Source: an uncultured delta proteobacterium (lineage in GTDB: Bacteria > Desulfobacterota > Binatia > UBA9968). Taken from it: a DNA stretch of 64,000 nt. Positions 8,877 through 19,654 of the stretch are shown piece after piece. Numbering within the stretch: the stretch's first letter is position 1; every line of letters begins with the position of its first letter. A program made the position numbers and the translations under genes. The notes below the pieces were generated by a model. That model was given only the letters and a program-made list of their open reading frames with translations, had not been told where the DNA came from and did not search any database. The stretch spans positions 512,001-576,000 of the forward strand of contig CAVUZH010000014.1 in assembly GCA_963745835.1 (NCBI GenBank), in the 5' to 3' direction.

Positions 8877-11837
8877 CTAACCAGGTATTCCTACAGTATT
8901 GTGGCTACGACGAATAGCTCGATCAGCTGAGCTTGAATGATCCTCAACAGTCGGTACTAAAGTTTCCCACAACAACTCGGCGGGATGCTTCGCCCTGCGA
9001 CCGGTCAAGTGTTCGATTTGCTGCCGGCAAGAGATACCGGGAGCGACGATCTCCACATCCTCCCCTGCCGACTTGACCGCCGGCGCAAGTCGCCGATTGC
9101 CTATGGTAACTGAAAGATCATAGTGTTCTTTTTCAAAGCCAAAGGAACCTGCCATGCCGCAGCAGCCTGAATCCACTTCACTAACCTCGAAACCCGCGGC
9201 TTTCAAAATCGCCACGCTCGGTGCCGTTCCGACCAGAGCTTTCTGGTGGCAGTGACCGTGCAGCAGCGCCTTGCCGCGGGGTCCGGAAGATTCAACTGAA
9301 ATTCCGCCCGCCGCTATCTCGTTGACCAGAAACTCCTCTAGAAGAAAGCTTTGCTGGGCCACTTTCTTCGCCGCGCTGGTTCGCAAAAATTCGGGATATT
9401 CGTCACGCAGGGTTAGCAAGCACGAAGGTTCGAGCCCGATGATCGGAACACCGCGTTCGGCAAATGGCGCAAGCTGATCGGTGTTCCATGCGGCATTGTT
9501 TCTCGCTTCGCCCAACATCCCTTTTGAAATCATCGGGCGGCCGCAGCATCGTTTGTTAGCCAGTAGCACACGATAATTCAAATGTTCGAGCAAACAGGTG
9601 GCGGCGATGGCGACATCCGGCGTGTTAAAGTTATTGAAGGTGTCGTGAAACAGCACGACCTCACCTTTGGAGCCGTCTCCTTCCGGATTGTAATTACCGA
9701 ACCAAGACTCAAAAGTTTGGCCGGCGAATTTTGGCAGGGGCCTGCGGCGATCAATACCGGCAAGCTTCTCCATCAGCCAGCGGTTGAACTTGGAACCGGC
9801 AATGCCGTTGGCGATGGGCGCGAACTCCGCGCCGATTCGATTCAAGCGCGCAATGCCGCCGAACAGGCGGTTGCGGAGCGGCAATCCATTGGCGCGGTGG
9901 TAATGGTCGAGAAACTCGTACTTGAGCTTCGCCATATCGACGTTGGACGGACATTCGGCTTTGCACGCTTTGCATTCCAGACAGAGATCCATGATCTCAT
10001 GAAGCCGCTTGCCGGTAAAATCTTCCTTAGGCACCTTGCCGGAGAGAACGGTTCGCAAAGCATTGGCTCGGCCGCGGGTAGAATGCTCCTCATCCAAGGT
10101 GCCCATGTAAGAAGGACACATGGTGCCTTCGAGTTTTTTTCGGCACTCGCCCATACCGCTGCACATTTCGACTGCTCTTGCGAAACCGCCCTGCGCGCTG
10201 AAATCCAGGGTGGTCTGCGGTATCCAAGTTTGGTACTTCGGATGGATCTTGAGAGACTCGGTCATGGCCGGAGCATCGACAATTTTTCCGGGGTTGAGCC
10301 GATTTTTAGGATCGAAGGCGCGTTTGATCTGACGAAATGCTTCATAGAGAACCGGGCCGAAGAGTTTTTTATTGAAGTGGCTGCGCGCCAGCCCATCACC
10401 GTGCTCACCGGACATGGCGCCATCGAACTCGAGGACCAGATCTGAAATCGCGTTGGAAATGGAAACCATTTTGTCGACTTCGTCTGGCTCTTTTAAATTG
10501 ATCAGCGGCCGTATGTGCATGCAGCCTACCGAACAATGGCCGTAGTAGCCGGCGATGGCGTCATGGCTGCTGATGATTTCTTTGAAACGCTTGATGAACT
10601 CCGGCAGCTTGGCCGGCGCAACTGCGGTATCTTCGACAAATGCGATGGGCTTTTTATCACCTTTGGTGCCGAGCAGTAAACCGAGCCCGGCTTTGCGAAC
10701 TCCCCAAATCGCTTTGACCTCTTCTGGCTTGTAAGCTTGGGTAGCGGCATAGCCGATGCGCTGTGCCGCGCGAAGATCTTCAAGCTTGCTCACCTGCGCT
10801 TTAACCTCGTCCTCGGTTTCACCGGCATACTCCACCATCAGTAACGATTCAGGTTCTCCTTGGATAAATCCCAGCTTGCGCGACTGTTCGATATTGCCGC
10901 GGGCGAGATTGAGGATCATCTTGTCAGTGGATTCCATCGCATAGGGCGCCGTCTGCAAGACCAGCTGAGAACATTCGAGCGCCTCCTGATCGTTATGAAA
11001 ATGTATAACATCCATCGCCGTCCACTTGGGCTTCGCCACTAAGCGCATTTTCGCTTCCACAATCGTGGCAAGTGTTCCCTCGGAGCCGGTGATGATACGC
11101 GCAAGGTTAAACGGCTGCGACTTTATGAACTCATCGAGATTGTACCCGGATACCCGGCGCATGATCTTTGGGTAGCGTGCAAGGATTTCGTTTTTGTGTT
11201 CTTCCGCTAAACGGGAGACCTCCCGGTACAGTTGCCCTTCGAGACCGTCCGCTCGCATCTTGCGATCAAGGGCGTCCGCAGAAACATCCTTGAGCACCAC
11301 CTCACTTCCATCAGACAAAAGCACGGTCAGCTCTACGACATGATCGAGGGTTTTACCATAAGTCAGTGAGTGGGCGCCGGCCGAGTTGTTGCCGATCATC
11401 CCAGCGATGGTGGCGCGATTGGAGGTCGAGGTATCGGGTCCAAACTGGAGACCCATCGAACGCACATGGGCGTTGAGCTCGTCCTGCACCAATCCGGGTT
11501 GCACCCGGCACCAGAGCTCTTCCTTGTTTACCTCCAGGACGTTGCGCATGTACTTGGAGAAGTCCAGCACGATTGCATGGCCCACTGTCTGCCCGGCAAG
11601 CGACGTACCGCCGCCTCTGGAGAGAATCGGAACCTGAAACCGATTCGCGATCTCAATAGCTGCCTGCACGTCACCCTTATGGCGCGGCACGACAACACCG
11701 ATGGGTTCAATCTGGTAAATCGACGCATCGGTTGAATACAGCAGAAGCGTATAACGGTCGAACTTGACCTCTCCTTCAAGCCGCTTGCGCAGTTCGGCCG
11801 CAACATTCTCATATTGGCTTTCTATCGGTGCACCCAT
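8877..11837 (-). CDS. FAD-binding and Fe-S-binding oxidoreductase (GlcD/GlcF fusion, YdiJ-like 2-hydroxyacid dehydrogenase)
   Basis: RGGGTSLAGQ, GSEGTL, SGEHGDG, CLECKACKAECP, HGHCHQ and CCGMAGSFG motifs. Confidence 0.92.
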   Translation of the reverse strand: MGAPIESQYENVAAELRKRLEGEVKFDRYTLLLYSTDASIYQIEPIGVVVPRHKGDVQAAIEIANRFQVPILSRGGGTSLAGQTVGHAIVLDFSKYMRNVLEVNKEELWCRVQPGLVQDELNAHVRSMGLQFGPDTSTSNRATIAGMIGNNSAGAHSLTYGKTLDHVVELTVLLSDGSEVVLKDVSADALDRKMRADGLEGQLYREVSRLAEEHKNEILARYPKIMRRVSGYNLDEFIKSQPFNLARIITGSEGTLATIVEAKMRLVAKPKWTAMDVIHFHNDQEALECSQLVLQTAPYAMESTDKMILNLARGNIEQSRKLGFIQGEPESLLMVEYAGETEDEVKAQVSKLEDLRAAQRIGYAATQAYKPEEVKAIWGVRKAGLGLLLGTKGDKKPIAFVEDTAVAPAKLPEFIKRFKEIISSHDAIAGYYGHCSVGCMHIRPLINLKEPDEVDKMVSISNAISDLVLEFDGAMSGEHGDGLARSHFNKKLFGPVLYEAFRQIKRAFDPKNRLNPGKIVDAPAMTESLKIHPKYQTWIPQTTLDFSAQGGFARAVEMCSGMGECRKKLEGTMCPSYMGTLDEEHSTRGRANALRTVLSGKVPKEDFTGKRLHEIMDLCLECKACKAECPSNVDMAKLKYEFLDHYHRANGLPLRNRLFGGIARLNRIGAEFAPIANGIAGSKFNRWLMEKLAGIDRRRPLPKFAGQTFESWFGNYNPEGDGSKGEVVLFHDTFNNFNTPDVAIAATCLLEHLNYRVLLANKRCCGRPMISKGMLGEARNNAAWNTDQLAPFAERGVPIIGLEPSCLLTLRDEYPEFLRTSAAKKVAQQSFLLEEFLVNEIAAGGISVESSGPRGKALLHGHCHQKALVGTAPSVAILKAAGFEVSEVDSGCCGMAGSFGFEKEHYDLSVTIGNRRLAPAVKSAGEDVEIVAPGISCRQQIEHLTGRRAKHPAELLWETLVPTVEDHSSSADRAIRRSHNTVGIPG

Positions 11838-12057
11838 GGATATCCCTTCGACAATTTTGACCTTTCAGGATTTCGTACACCGTTCCAACGTAACACTAAG
11901 ACACCGGCGGAAACCAGAGCGGCAGGATCGCGCATAGTTGAATTTCGATAGCAATGCCGGTGTCTCTTTGGCAGTAAAGAGTGACGATTCGTTGAATATT
12001 TCAGGTCGGCGCAATCACGGAAGTCGCACGAGACCTTCAGCATGTCGTTATGGAAAT

Positions 12058-12768
12058 TCACAGCAGCGCCTTAGCAAGGTCGAAAACGCTATAGAACATC
12101 GGCTGCGTTAACTTACCAGTGAAAGTATTTTGTTGGCTGGGGTGATAGGAACAGATCAACGTAACGTCACCCGGCAGAGCTGTCGCAATCCCATGTCCGA
12201 ACTTCGGTCGCGGATTTGGAATCATCCTGCCCGCTTCTTTATACGCCTTTAGAAAAGAATCGAAAGCGATTTTTCCAAGAACGACGACCACGCGAACCTG
12301 CTTCATTAAATTTATTTCGTGAACAAGAAAAGGGCGGCACCTTTCAAACTCGATCAACGCAGGCTTATTCAACGGCGGCGCGCAATGAACCGCGGCGGTG
12401 ATATAGCAGTTGGTTAACTCCAGACCGTCATCGCGATGTTCCGATGTCGGCCGGTTGGCAAATCCGAATGCATGGAGCGCGCCGTAAAGCCAGTCACCGC
12501 TTCTGTCTCCGGTAAACATCCGTCCAGTCCGGTTGCCACCGTTGGCTGCGGGGGCAAGCCCGACGATTAAAAGCCGGGCGTGAGGGTCACCGAATCCAGC
12601 AAGCGGTTTGGCCCAATATTTAACTCCATGATAGCGCCGCGGTGGAATCTTAGCACAAGTTTCACGCCAGCGAACCAGCCGCGGACACCTTCGACATTGC
12701 ACAATCCGTGTATTCGATGCATCCAGCGCTTTAGCAAGCTCATCAATAGCCACCGTTCCGACCTCCAC
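12058..12768 (-). CDS. uracil-DNA glycosylase, family 5 (UdgB-like, Fe-S)
   Basis: CRRCPRL, GLAPAANGGNRTGRMFTGDRSG, HPSQQNT. Confidence 0.92.
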   Translation of the reverse strand: MEVGTVAIDELAKALDASNTRIVQCRRCPRLVRWRETCAKIPPRRYHGVKYWAKPLAGFGDPHARLLIVGLAPAANGGNRTGRMFTGDRSGDWLYGALHAFGFANRPTSEHRDDGLELTNCYITAAVHCAPPLNKPALIEFERCRPFLVHEINLMKQVRVVVVLGKIAFDSFLKAYKEAGRMIPNPRPKFGHGIATALPGDVTLICSYHPSQQNTFTGKLTQPMFYSVFDLAKALL

Positions 12769-13073
12769 TAATTGATGAGACGACTATCTCACAACCTGCA
12801 TCGATTCAGTAGCGCACATGAGATGGAGCGGCTGTCCACGGTTGAACAGGTAAGAAGGTTGGCTTGCCTAAAAGTTAATCCTGATTATCGCTCAATAATT
12901 ACAGACGCAATACGCTCAAATCCAAACCTCGCAGATACTTGCCGTAGCGGGTTGGCCCCGTTAGACTATTTTTTGCCATTGACGCGATAGAAAACCAACT
13001 CCAGTCATCGAGTCACTACGGGGGTGGCTTGCTCACCGTGCCCTCCAAAAACACGCCGCCAAAGGGAGAGAAC

Positions 13074-14493
13074 ATGGACACAAATGAGTACCGTATCGAG
13101 CCCGATTCCATGGGTAAGGTGCGGGTGTCGAAGAGCGCCTACGAAGACCGCCTACTATGGAGCGCAGACTCAGCGCGCCGTGGAGAATTTTCCGATCAGC
13201 GGAGTGGTTTTCCCGGCCATCTTCATCCATCGATTAGGTCTGGTTGCATATGCCGCTGCCGTGGCCAATGAGGTTCTGGGCTTGTTAGATAGCCAAATCG
13301 CCGGCGCCAGCCATGATGCTGCCAGGGAAGTTGTCCCAGGAAAACACGACACCGAGTTTGTTGTCGAAATCTTTCAAACCGGATCAGCGACTTCCACCAA
13401 CATGGACGCCAATGAGGTGATTGCCAACCGCGCGCTCGAATTGATTGGAAAAAATCGCGGCGGCAAAGAAATTCACCCGAACGCTCATGTGAATATCGGG
13501 CAATCGAGTAACGATGTCATCCCCACTGCTATTCACATAGCCTCGCTTGAAGCGATCAGCAAAAATCTTTTGCCGGGTCTGATTCGCCTCGAAAGCCCGC
13601 TGCAACAAAAGGCAGAAGTTTTCGAAGATTGTGAAGATCGGCCGGACGCACCTGAATGACGCTACGCCGATTCGATTGGGTCAAGAATTTAGCGGTTATG
13701 GGCGCCAAATTGAGCTTGCGATCGAACGCATCCAAGATGCCGCGAAAGGCCTGCAAGAACTTGCTCTTGGCGGCGCGGCGGTGGGCACCGGCATCAATAC
13801 CCATCCGCAATTTGCTGCGCAAGCAATCAAAAATCATCTCCGCAGAGACCGGCCTCCCCTTTCGCGAGGCGGAGAATCACTTTCAGGCACAGGCGGGACG
13901 GGATGCCTCGGTCCATGTCAGCGGGGCGCTCAAGACTTTGGCGGTGAGTTTGATCAAAATAGCTAATGATCTACGTTGGCTTGCTTCGGGACCGAGCTGC
14001 GCGATCGGCGCGATCGGGTTACCGGACACACAGCCCGGTTCGGCGATCATGCCGGGCAAAGTCAATCCGGTTCTCTGTGAATCGGTCATCCAAGTCGCGG
14101 CTCATGTCGTCGGCTGCGACACGACGAATACGCTTCGCGGCCAAACGGGGAATTTCGAATTGAATGTGACGATGCCAGTTGTTACGCTTAAACTGCTGGA
14201 GGCGATTGAATTTACCGCTAATGCAATCAATGCATTGACTGAAAAATGCGTCATCGGTTCGAGGCGAACGAACCTCGTTGCAGGGAGCTGGTTGAAACAA
14301 GCCTCGCCATGGTAACCGCGCTGGCTCCGTTAATCGGTTATGATGCCATCGCGGCCGTTGCGCATGAAGCGGTTGCGACCGGCAAGACCGTTCGGGAGTG
14401 GCGCAGCTCAAGACTGCGCTTACTCCGGAGCAACTCGACAAAGCTTTGGACCCGTGGAGCATGACCATGCCGGGACGAGAAAAGGAGCAGTAA
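13074..14493 (+). pseudogene. fumC: class II fumarate hydratase pseudogene
   Basis: YYGAQTQRA, FQTGS, QSSND, KIGRTH, GSAIMPGKVNP motifs spread over different frames; about five frameshifts. Confidence 0.93.
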
Positions 14494-14974
14494 GTCAGCG
14501 CGTGCAAAGCAGTTTTTTTTCTGTTATAAGCCGAGCTTAATCCATATTATTGAAAGGAGTTTTGAGGTGTCAACGGCCACAGCCGGCTAACACGTAAATT
14601 TATCTTTGCATCAACAACCATAATGGTGAGAGCCCTTTTTGCGGCAAGTGACGGTGCGGACATTGCGTAAGATGTGAAGAAAATCACCAGTGATCAAAAG
14701 AATTTTTCCGTAGATCGTTGAAACTTACATGAAACTAGAAGAAGCGGATAACTAAAAGAGGAAACCGCCGCGGCCAAGTAAGTGCCCTTGCGCATCAGCA
14801 GTCGCCTGCCACAGTTCCACTGAAGCGAGAGCCACGGTTTCCTGTTTTCGATTTGAGCTAAACCGCGGCTTAGGATCAATCGAATGTCCTGTTTGAAAAT
14901 CTTCAGCTTGCGCGAGTTTAACGGCAACAGCTACGCCGAATAGAATGAACTAGTAAATTTTAAAGGACGCAAAC

Positions 14975-15739
14975 GTGAGCGATAAAACTCTAACCCTAGA
15001 CCAGTTCCGTACGTTACGAAAAGATACCTGGTGGAAAGAGCCGCTGATGGTGGTTCTAGTGCTCGGCGGTTTCGCCATTTACGCTACCTGGGCGGCCTTG
15101 CAGAATGCCCATTACTATGTGGCGCCTTACTTGTCGCCGTTCTACTCGCCGTGCATCGCGGAAAACTGCGCTCATGTTTCCGTTCCGCTGGTGGGCTCGT
15201 GGTGGAATCTGTCGCCGGCATTCTTGATTTTATGGATTCCGGGCGGATTTCGCGCCACCTGCTACTACTATCGCAAAGCTTATTATCGATCTTTTTTCTT
15301 ATCGCCTCCGGCTTGCGCTGTGCGGGACGCCTCGAAATCCTACAGCGGTGAAACCCGCTTCCCGTTCCTGTTGCAAAATCTTCACCGCTATTTCTTCTAT
15401 TTATCGATCTTGATTTTGGCTTTTCTCTGGTGGGACACGGTTTTGGCATTTCAATTCCCGGATGGTTTCGGCATGGGTTTAGGGACCGTCGTCATCCTCG
15501 TCAATGCTATTCTTCTGACCCTGTTCAGTCTTTCTTGCAACTCATGCCGGCATGTGTGCGGTGGTTACGTCGATTCATTCCATAGCGCGCCAACGCGATA
15601 CAAGGTTTGGAATTTAATAAGCCGGCTTAACGGGCGGCATATGGAGTACGCCTGGGTAAGTTTGATTTGGGTTGCTTTGACTGATCTTTACGTCCGGCTG
15701 CTATCGATGGGCGTCATTCAGGATTTGAGGTTCTTTTAA
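14975..15739 (+). CDS. succinate dehydrogenase membrane anchor, mycobacterial Sdh1 (Rv0249c-like) type
   Basis: YLSPFYSP, FRATCYYYRKAYYRSF, YSGETRFP..QNLHRYF, SCNSCRH; coupled to the flavoprotein gene. Confidence 0.88.
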   Translation: MSDKTLTLDQFRTLRKDTWWKEPLMVVLVLGGFAIYATWAALQNAHYYVAPYLSPFYSPCIAENCAHVSVPLVGSWWNLSPAFLILWIPGGFRATCYYYRKAYYRSFFLSPPACAVRDASKSYSGETRFPFLLQNLHRYFFYLSILILAFLWWDTVLAFQFPDGFGMGLGTVVILVNAILLTLFSLSCNSCRHVCGGYVDSFHSAPTRYKVWNLISRLNGRHMEYAWVSLIWVALTDLYVRLLSMGVIQDLRFF

Positions 15740-17538
15740 TGGCTGAAGAAAAGTATGAAACCCACGACTACGATGTAGTCATTATCGGTGCCGGAGGCGC
15801 CGGCCTGCGCGCCGCGGTAGAGGCTTCGGCACAAGGAGCCAGAACCGCCCTAGTCTGCAAATCACTTTTGGGCAAGGCTCACACCGTTATGGCCGAAGGA
15901 GGCATCGCCGCGGCCATGGGCAACGTTTATCCGGAAGACAACTGGAAGGTTCATTTTCGCGATACCATGCGCGGTGGCAAGCTTCTCAACAACTGGCGGA
16001 TGGCGCAGATCCACGCCCAAGAATCGCCGGATCGCGTACTTGAGCTCGAAGAATGGGGTGCGCTGTTCGACCGGACCCACGATGGTCTGATTTTGCAGCG
16101 CGATTTCGGCGGACACCGTTATGCTCGGCTGGCGCATGTCGGCGACCGCACCGGCCTCGAAATGATCCGCACGCTTCAACAGCACGCGGTTCACAAGGGC
16201 ATTGACGTCTACATGGAGTGCAACCTTCAACGACTACTGATGGACGGCGGAAAGATCAGTGGCGCCTTCGGCTACTGGAGGGAAACCGGCAAATTCATCG
16301 TCTTCAAGTGCAAGGCCGTCGTGCTCGCAACCGGCGGCGGCGGCAAAGCCTGGAAGGTTACGTCCAACTCTTGGGAGTATACCGGCGACGGCGTAACCAT
16401 GGCCATGGATGTAGGTGCTGATTTGATGGACATGGAATTTATGCAATTCCATCCTACCGGCATGGTCTGGCCGCCAAGCGTCCGTGGGATCCTAGTGACA
16501 GAAGGGGTGCGGGGTGATGGGGGCACGCTCAAGAACACCAAGAATGAGCGATTCATGTTCAACTACATCCCGGAGTTTTTTCGCGCCGAAACGGCTGACA
16601 CGGAAAAGGAAGCGGATGCCTGGTATGAAGACAAGAGGAACAACCGGCGAACCCCCGACCTACTGCCCCGCGACGAGGTCGCACGCGCGATCAACTCCGA
16701 AGTCAAAGCCGGCCGCGGCACGCCGCATGGCGGAGTATTTTTAGACATTGCCTCCCGCCGGCCAGCCGACTACATCCAACGCCGCCTCCCGTCGATGTAT
16801 CATCAGTTCAAGGAGCTCGCAGACGTTGACATCACCAAGGAGCCCATGGAAGTGGGCCCGACTTGCCACTACAGCATGGGCGGGGTGAGAGTAGACGCAG
16901 ACAGCACCGCGACTAGTGTCCCTGGCCTGTTCGCTGCAGGTGAAGTTGCCGCGGGATTGCACGGCGCAAACCGTCTCGGCGGCAATTCGCTTTCGGATCT
17001 GTTGGTGTTCGGCCGGCGCGCGGGCCTGTACGCCGCGGAGTATGCCAAGGCCAATCGCGCCGTTAATGTAGATGCCGGCCAAATTGACCTGTATGCCAGA
17101 GAGCTATTGTCACCTTTTGAAAGTAAGGGCAACGAAAACCCGTATTCAGTGCATGCAGACTTACAGGACTGCATGCAGAACTTGGTGGGCATCATTCGCA
17201 CCGAGTCGGAGCTTAAGAAAGCTCTTGATGTCATCGGCCGGCTGAAAGCGCGCGCACGCAATCTTAAAGTGGGGGGCAATCGGCAGTATAACCCAGGCTG
17301 GCATCTCGCGCTGGATCTTCATTCGCTGCTGTCGTTTGCAGAAGCGGCCACCATTGCGGCAATCGAGCGCAAAGAAAGCCGCGGTGGACATACGCGGGAC
17401 GATTATCCGAATACCGACCCGAAGTTCGCCAAAACTAATATCGTCATTCGACGAAAGAACGGCGACCTGACGGCTTCACAAGAACCTCTTCCGGAGATGC
17501 CCGATGAATTGAAAATATTGCTTGAGGAGAAAAAGTAA
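15739..17538 (+). CDS. sdhA: succinate dehydrogenase/fumarate reductase flavoprotein subunit
   Basis: GAGGAG, AHTVMAEGG (covalent FAD His), QFHPTG, HYSMGG, HGANRLGGNSL, ESRGGH. Confidence 0.96.
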   Translation: MAEEKYETHDYDVVIIGAGGAGLRAAVEASAQGARTALVCKSLLGKAHTVMAEGGIAAAMGNVYPEDNWKVHFRDTMRGGKLLNNWRMAQIHAQESPDRVLELEEWGALFDRTHDGLILQRDFGGHRYARLAHVGDRTGLEMIRTLQQHAVHKGIDVYMECNLQRLLMDGGKISGAFGYWRETGKFIVFKCKAVVLATGGGGKAWKVTSNSWEYTGDGVTMAMDVGADLMDMEFMQFHPTGMVWPPSVRGILVTEGVRGDGGTLKNTKNERFMFNYIPEFFRAETADTEKEADAWYEDKRNNRRTPDLLPRDEVARAINSEVKAGRGTPHGGVFLDIASRRPADYIQRRLPSMYHQFKELADVDITKEPMEVGPTCHYSMGGVRVDADSTATSVPGLFAAGEVAAGLHGANRLGGNSLSDLLVFGRRAGLYAAEYAKANRAVNVDAGQIDLYARELLSPFESKGNENPYSVHADLQDCMQNLVGIIRTESELKKALDVIGRLKARARNLKVGGNRQYNPGWHLALDLHSLLSFAEAATIAAIERKESRGGHTRDDYPNTDPKFAKTNIVIRRKNGDLTASQEPLPEMPDELKILLEEKK

Positions 17539-18293
17539 TGGCTGCACAACAAGTGCATATGCAAGTGTGGCGAGGCGATGTCAGCGGGGGCGAATTTAGA
17601 GACTACCGGGTGGAGGCCGGCGAAGGCATGGTGGTGCTGGACGTCATCCACGCCATTCAGGCGCAACATGCAAATGATTTGGCGGTTCGCTGGAATTGCA
17701 AAGCCGGGAAGTGCGGCTCCTGTAGCGCCGAGATCAACGGCAAACCGCGGCTGATGTGCATGACTCGAATGAACACGTTTCAGCCCGGCGAGACGATCAC
17801 CGTTTCCCCGATCAAAACGTTTCCGATTATTCGTGACCTAGTCACTGATGTCTCGTACAATTACGAAAAGGCACGGCAGGTCCCAGCCTTCAAGCCAAAA
17901 CCAAAGGAATCCGATGGCACTCGGCGCATGTTTCAAGAAGACATCGATCGCGTACAAGAATTTCATAAATGCATCGAATGTTTTCTATGCCAGAACGTCT
18001 GTCACGTCATTCGCGATCACGAGGATAACAAGAAGAAGTTTGCCGGACCACGGCTCTTTGTGCGGTTGGCGGCTTTGGAGATGCATCCGCTCGATACCAA
18101 TGATCGCATCGATTTAATCAAGCAGAAAGCCGGAATCGGTTTCTGTAATATCACCAAATGCTGTACCGAGGTATGTCCCGAACACATACATATTACGGAC
18201 AATGCTATAATTCCTTTGAAAGAACGCATCGTCGACAGGTACTTTGATCCGATCGCAAAACTGATGGGGCTATTTTCTGAGAAGAAGAGATGA
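17538..18293 (+). CDS. sdhB: succinate dehydrogenase/fumarate reductase iron-sulfur subunit
   Basis: CKAGKCGSC, CIECFLCQNVC, CNITKCCTEVCP. Confidence 0.95.
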   Translation: MAAQQVHMQVWRGDVSGGEFRDYRVEAGEGMVVLDVIHAIQAQHANDLAVRWNCKAGKCGSCSAEINGKPRLMCMTRMNTFQPGETITVSPIKTFPIIRDLVTDVSYNYEKARQVPAFKPKPKESDGTRRMFQEDIDRVQEFHKCIECFLCQNVCHVIRDHEDNKKKFAGPRLFVRLAALEMHPLDTNDRIDLIKQKAGIGFCNITKCCTEVCPEHIHITDNAIIPLKERIVDRYFDPIAKLMGLFSEKKR

Positions 18294-18344
18294 AGGTGGG
18301 CGTCGTCGATCACCCTACTCTGCGCGGCGAGCCGGATCGTCGAA

Positions 18345-18863
18345 TTATCTGCTCTGCTCTAGACGATTACTACGCTTCAAATACATCCGCACCCAGTACT
18401 CGTACAGCGTCGCCACCGTGAAATCCTCTGTTACGGTGCCCTTCTGCGGTGACTCGTATTCGATTTCGATTTTTTCTTCGTCCTTGCGAACCGACAGTAG
18501 CCGCGCTTGTTTCTGATCGACAAGCGCTCCCACAGCGCGAACGATCTGCGAGGCCGAGTGAGCATCGGGGCTGCCAAGATTACCGCGCTTCGATCGTCCC
18601 TCATCGTCCATATGACTTAACTGCTCGGGCGTATAGCGCAGCTCAACCGACTCCCATTCGTCGACCTCGGCAGGTCGATTAGAACGAAATAGTTGCCAAA
18701 ATCCCCGCTGGGACAGGTTATTAACCGCTTGATCTCTGTGCTTGCGCCCCCGAACAATAACCGTGTCGCCTTCCATCGTCAATGAAAAGGATTCCATTTG
18801 GAGTGACTCCAGCGCTTGACCTACCGGACGAAGCAACTGTGTATAACTGTGACTGCTATTCAA
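18345..18863 (-). CDS. hypothetical protein, paralog of 18968-19492
   Basis: Shares Y..LLRPVGQ.LE.L..ESFSL, PD.HS.SQ..R.VGALVD.K..RLL and LY..WVR.Y with its neighbour. Confidence 0.85.
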   Translation of the reverse strand: MNSSHSYTQLLRPVGQALESLQMESFSLTMEGDTVIVRGRKHRDQAVNNLSQRGFWQLFRSNRPAEVDEWESVELRYTPEQLSHMDDEGRSKRGNLGSPDAHSASQIVRAVGALVDQKQARLLSVRKDEEKIEIEYESPQKGTVTEDFTVATLYEYWVRMYLKRSNRLEQSR

Positions 18864-18967
18864 CGCGAAACCCCTAACTTTATCGAATTCCCTGAAGCGA
18901 TATTCTTCTTGTCGTCGCCTTCGGTTCAGTTTTCAGAATTGAACCGGCTGATCAGTGCTTCGGCTAT

Positions 18968-19492
18968 TTATTTCGGACTCTGTCTTCGATAGATACGGAC
19001 CCATAGATCGTAAAGAGCCGGCACTCCCAATTCTTCCGCGACTTTCTTACCGCTTAAGAGTTCATACTCGAACGTCAGCTTTTGATCTTCCTTGGTAAGC
19101 TGTAACAGCCTTCCGTTCTTATGATCGACGAGCGCGCCGACCACTCGCAGCATTTGCGAGACAGAGTGAATGTCCGGAGTTAGATTAGGGTTGCGCCGGC
19201 GTGATTGCCCTTCTCGCTCGAGCCTGTCAATGTCAGCCGGGGTCATGCGCCACTCCAGAATACCGCTCGCCAACTTCAACGCTCCTTCCTTGTCTTGCGG
19301 TCGAGTATGCGTTACCTGCCATTCAGCGAGAAGAGCTTTCTCACGTGGTGTGATCTGCTTCCGTCCCGGAGTTTTGTCACGCACCACCAAATCCTCGTTC
19401 TCGACGGACAGAGAGAACGATTCAATGCGCAGCGCCTCGAGCAGTTGCCCCACAGGGCGAAGTAAAAGAGCGTAAACTGTTTGGTCAGCCAT
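18968..19492 (-). CDS. hypothetical protein, paralog of 18345-18863
   Basis: Same shared motifs; start may be 19492 or 19501. Confidence 0.85.
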   Translation of the reverse strand: MADQTVYALLLRPVGQLLEALRIESFSLSVENEDLVVRDKTPGRKQITPREKALLAEWQVTHTRPQDKEGALKLASGILEWRMTPADIDRLEREGQSRRRNPNLTPDIHSVSQMLRVVGALVDHKNGRLLQLTKEDQKLTFEYELLSGKKVAEELGVPALYDLWVRIYRRQSPK

Positions 19493-19654
19493 GGGTACCA
19501 AGTATCATTTCTTAATTGCCATTGCCGGTAGAGAAAAAACTGATTTTTTTGCCTATTCTACAATTATAAACCGACGCATAAACTTGCTTATGTACGTGTG
19601 GCCTTGTTGTAAGTCAAGAAAGATCTGCTCGGATAGCCACTGCATTTGCCGGCG

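Noticed and set aside
14754-14848. c-di-GMP-II riboswitch (GGAAAC...TGATG...GGGCACTT on the minus strand)
   Set aside because: The expected 3' pseudoknot-forming segment is absent and the orientation is opposite to sdh.
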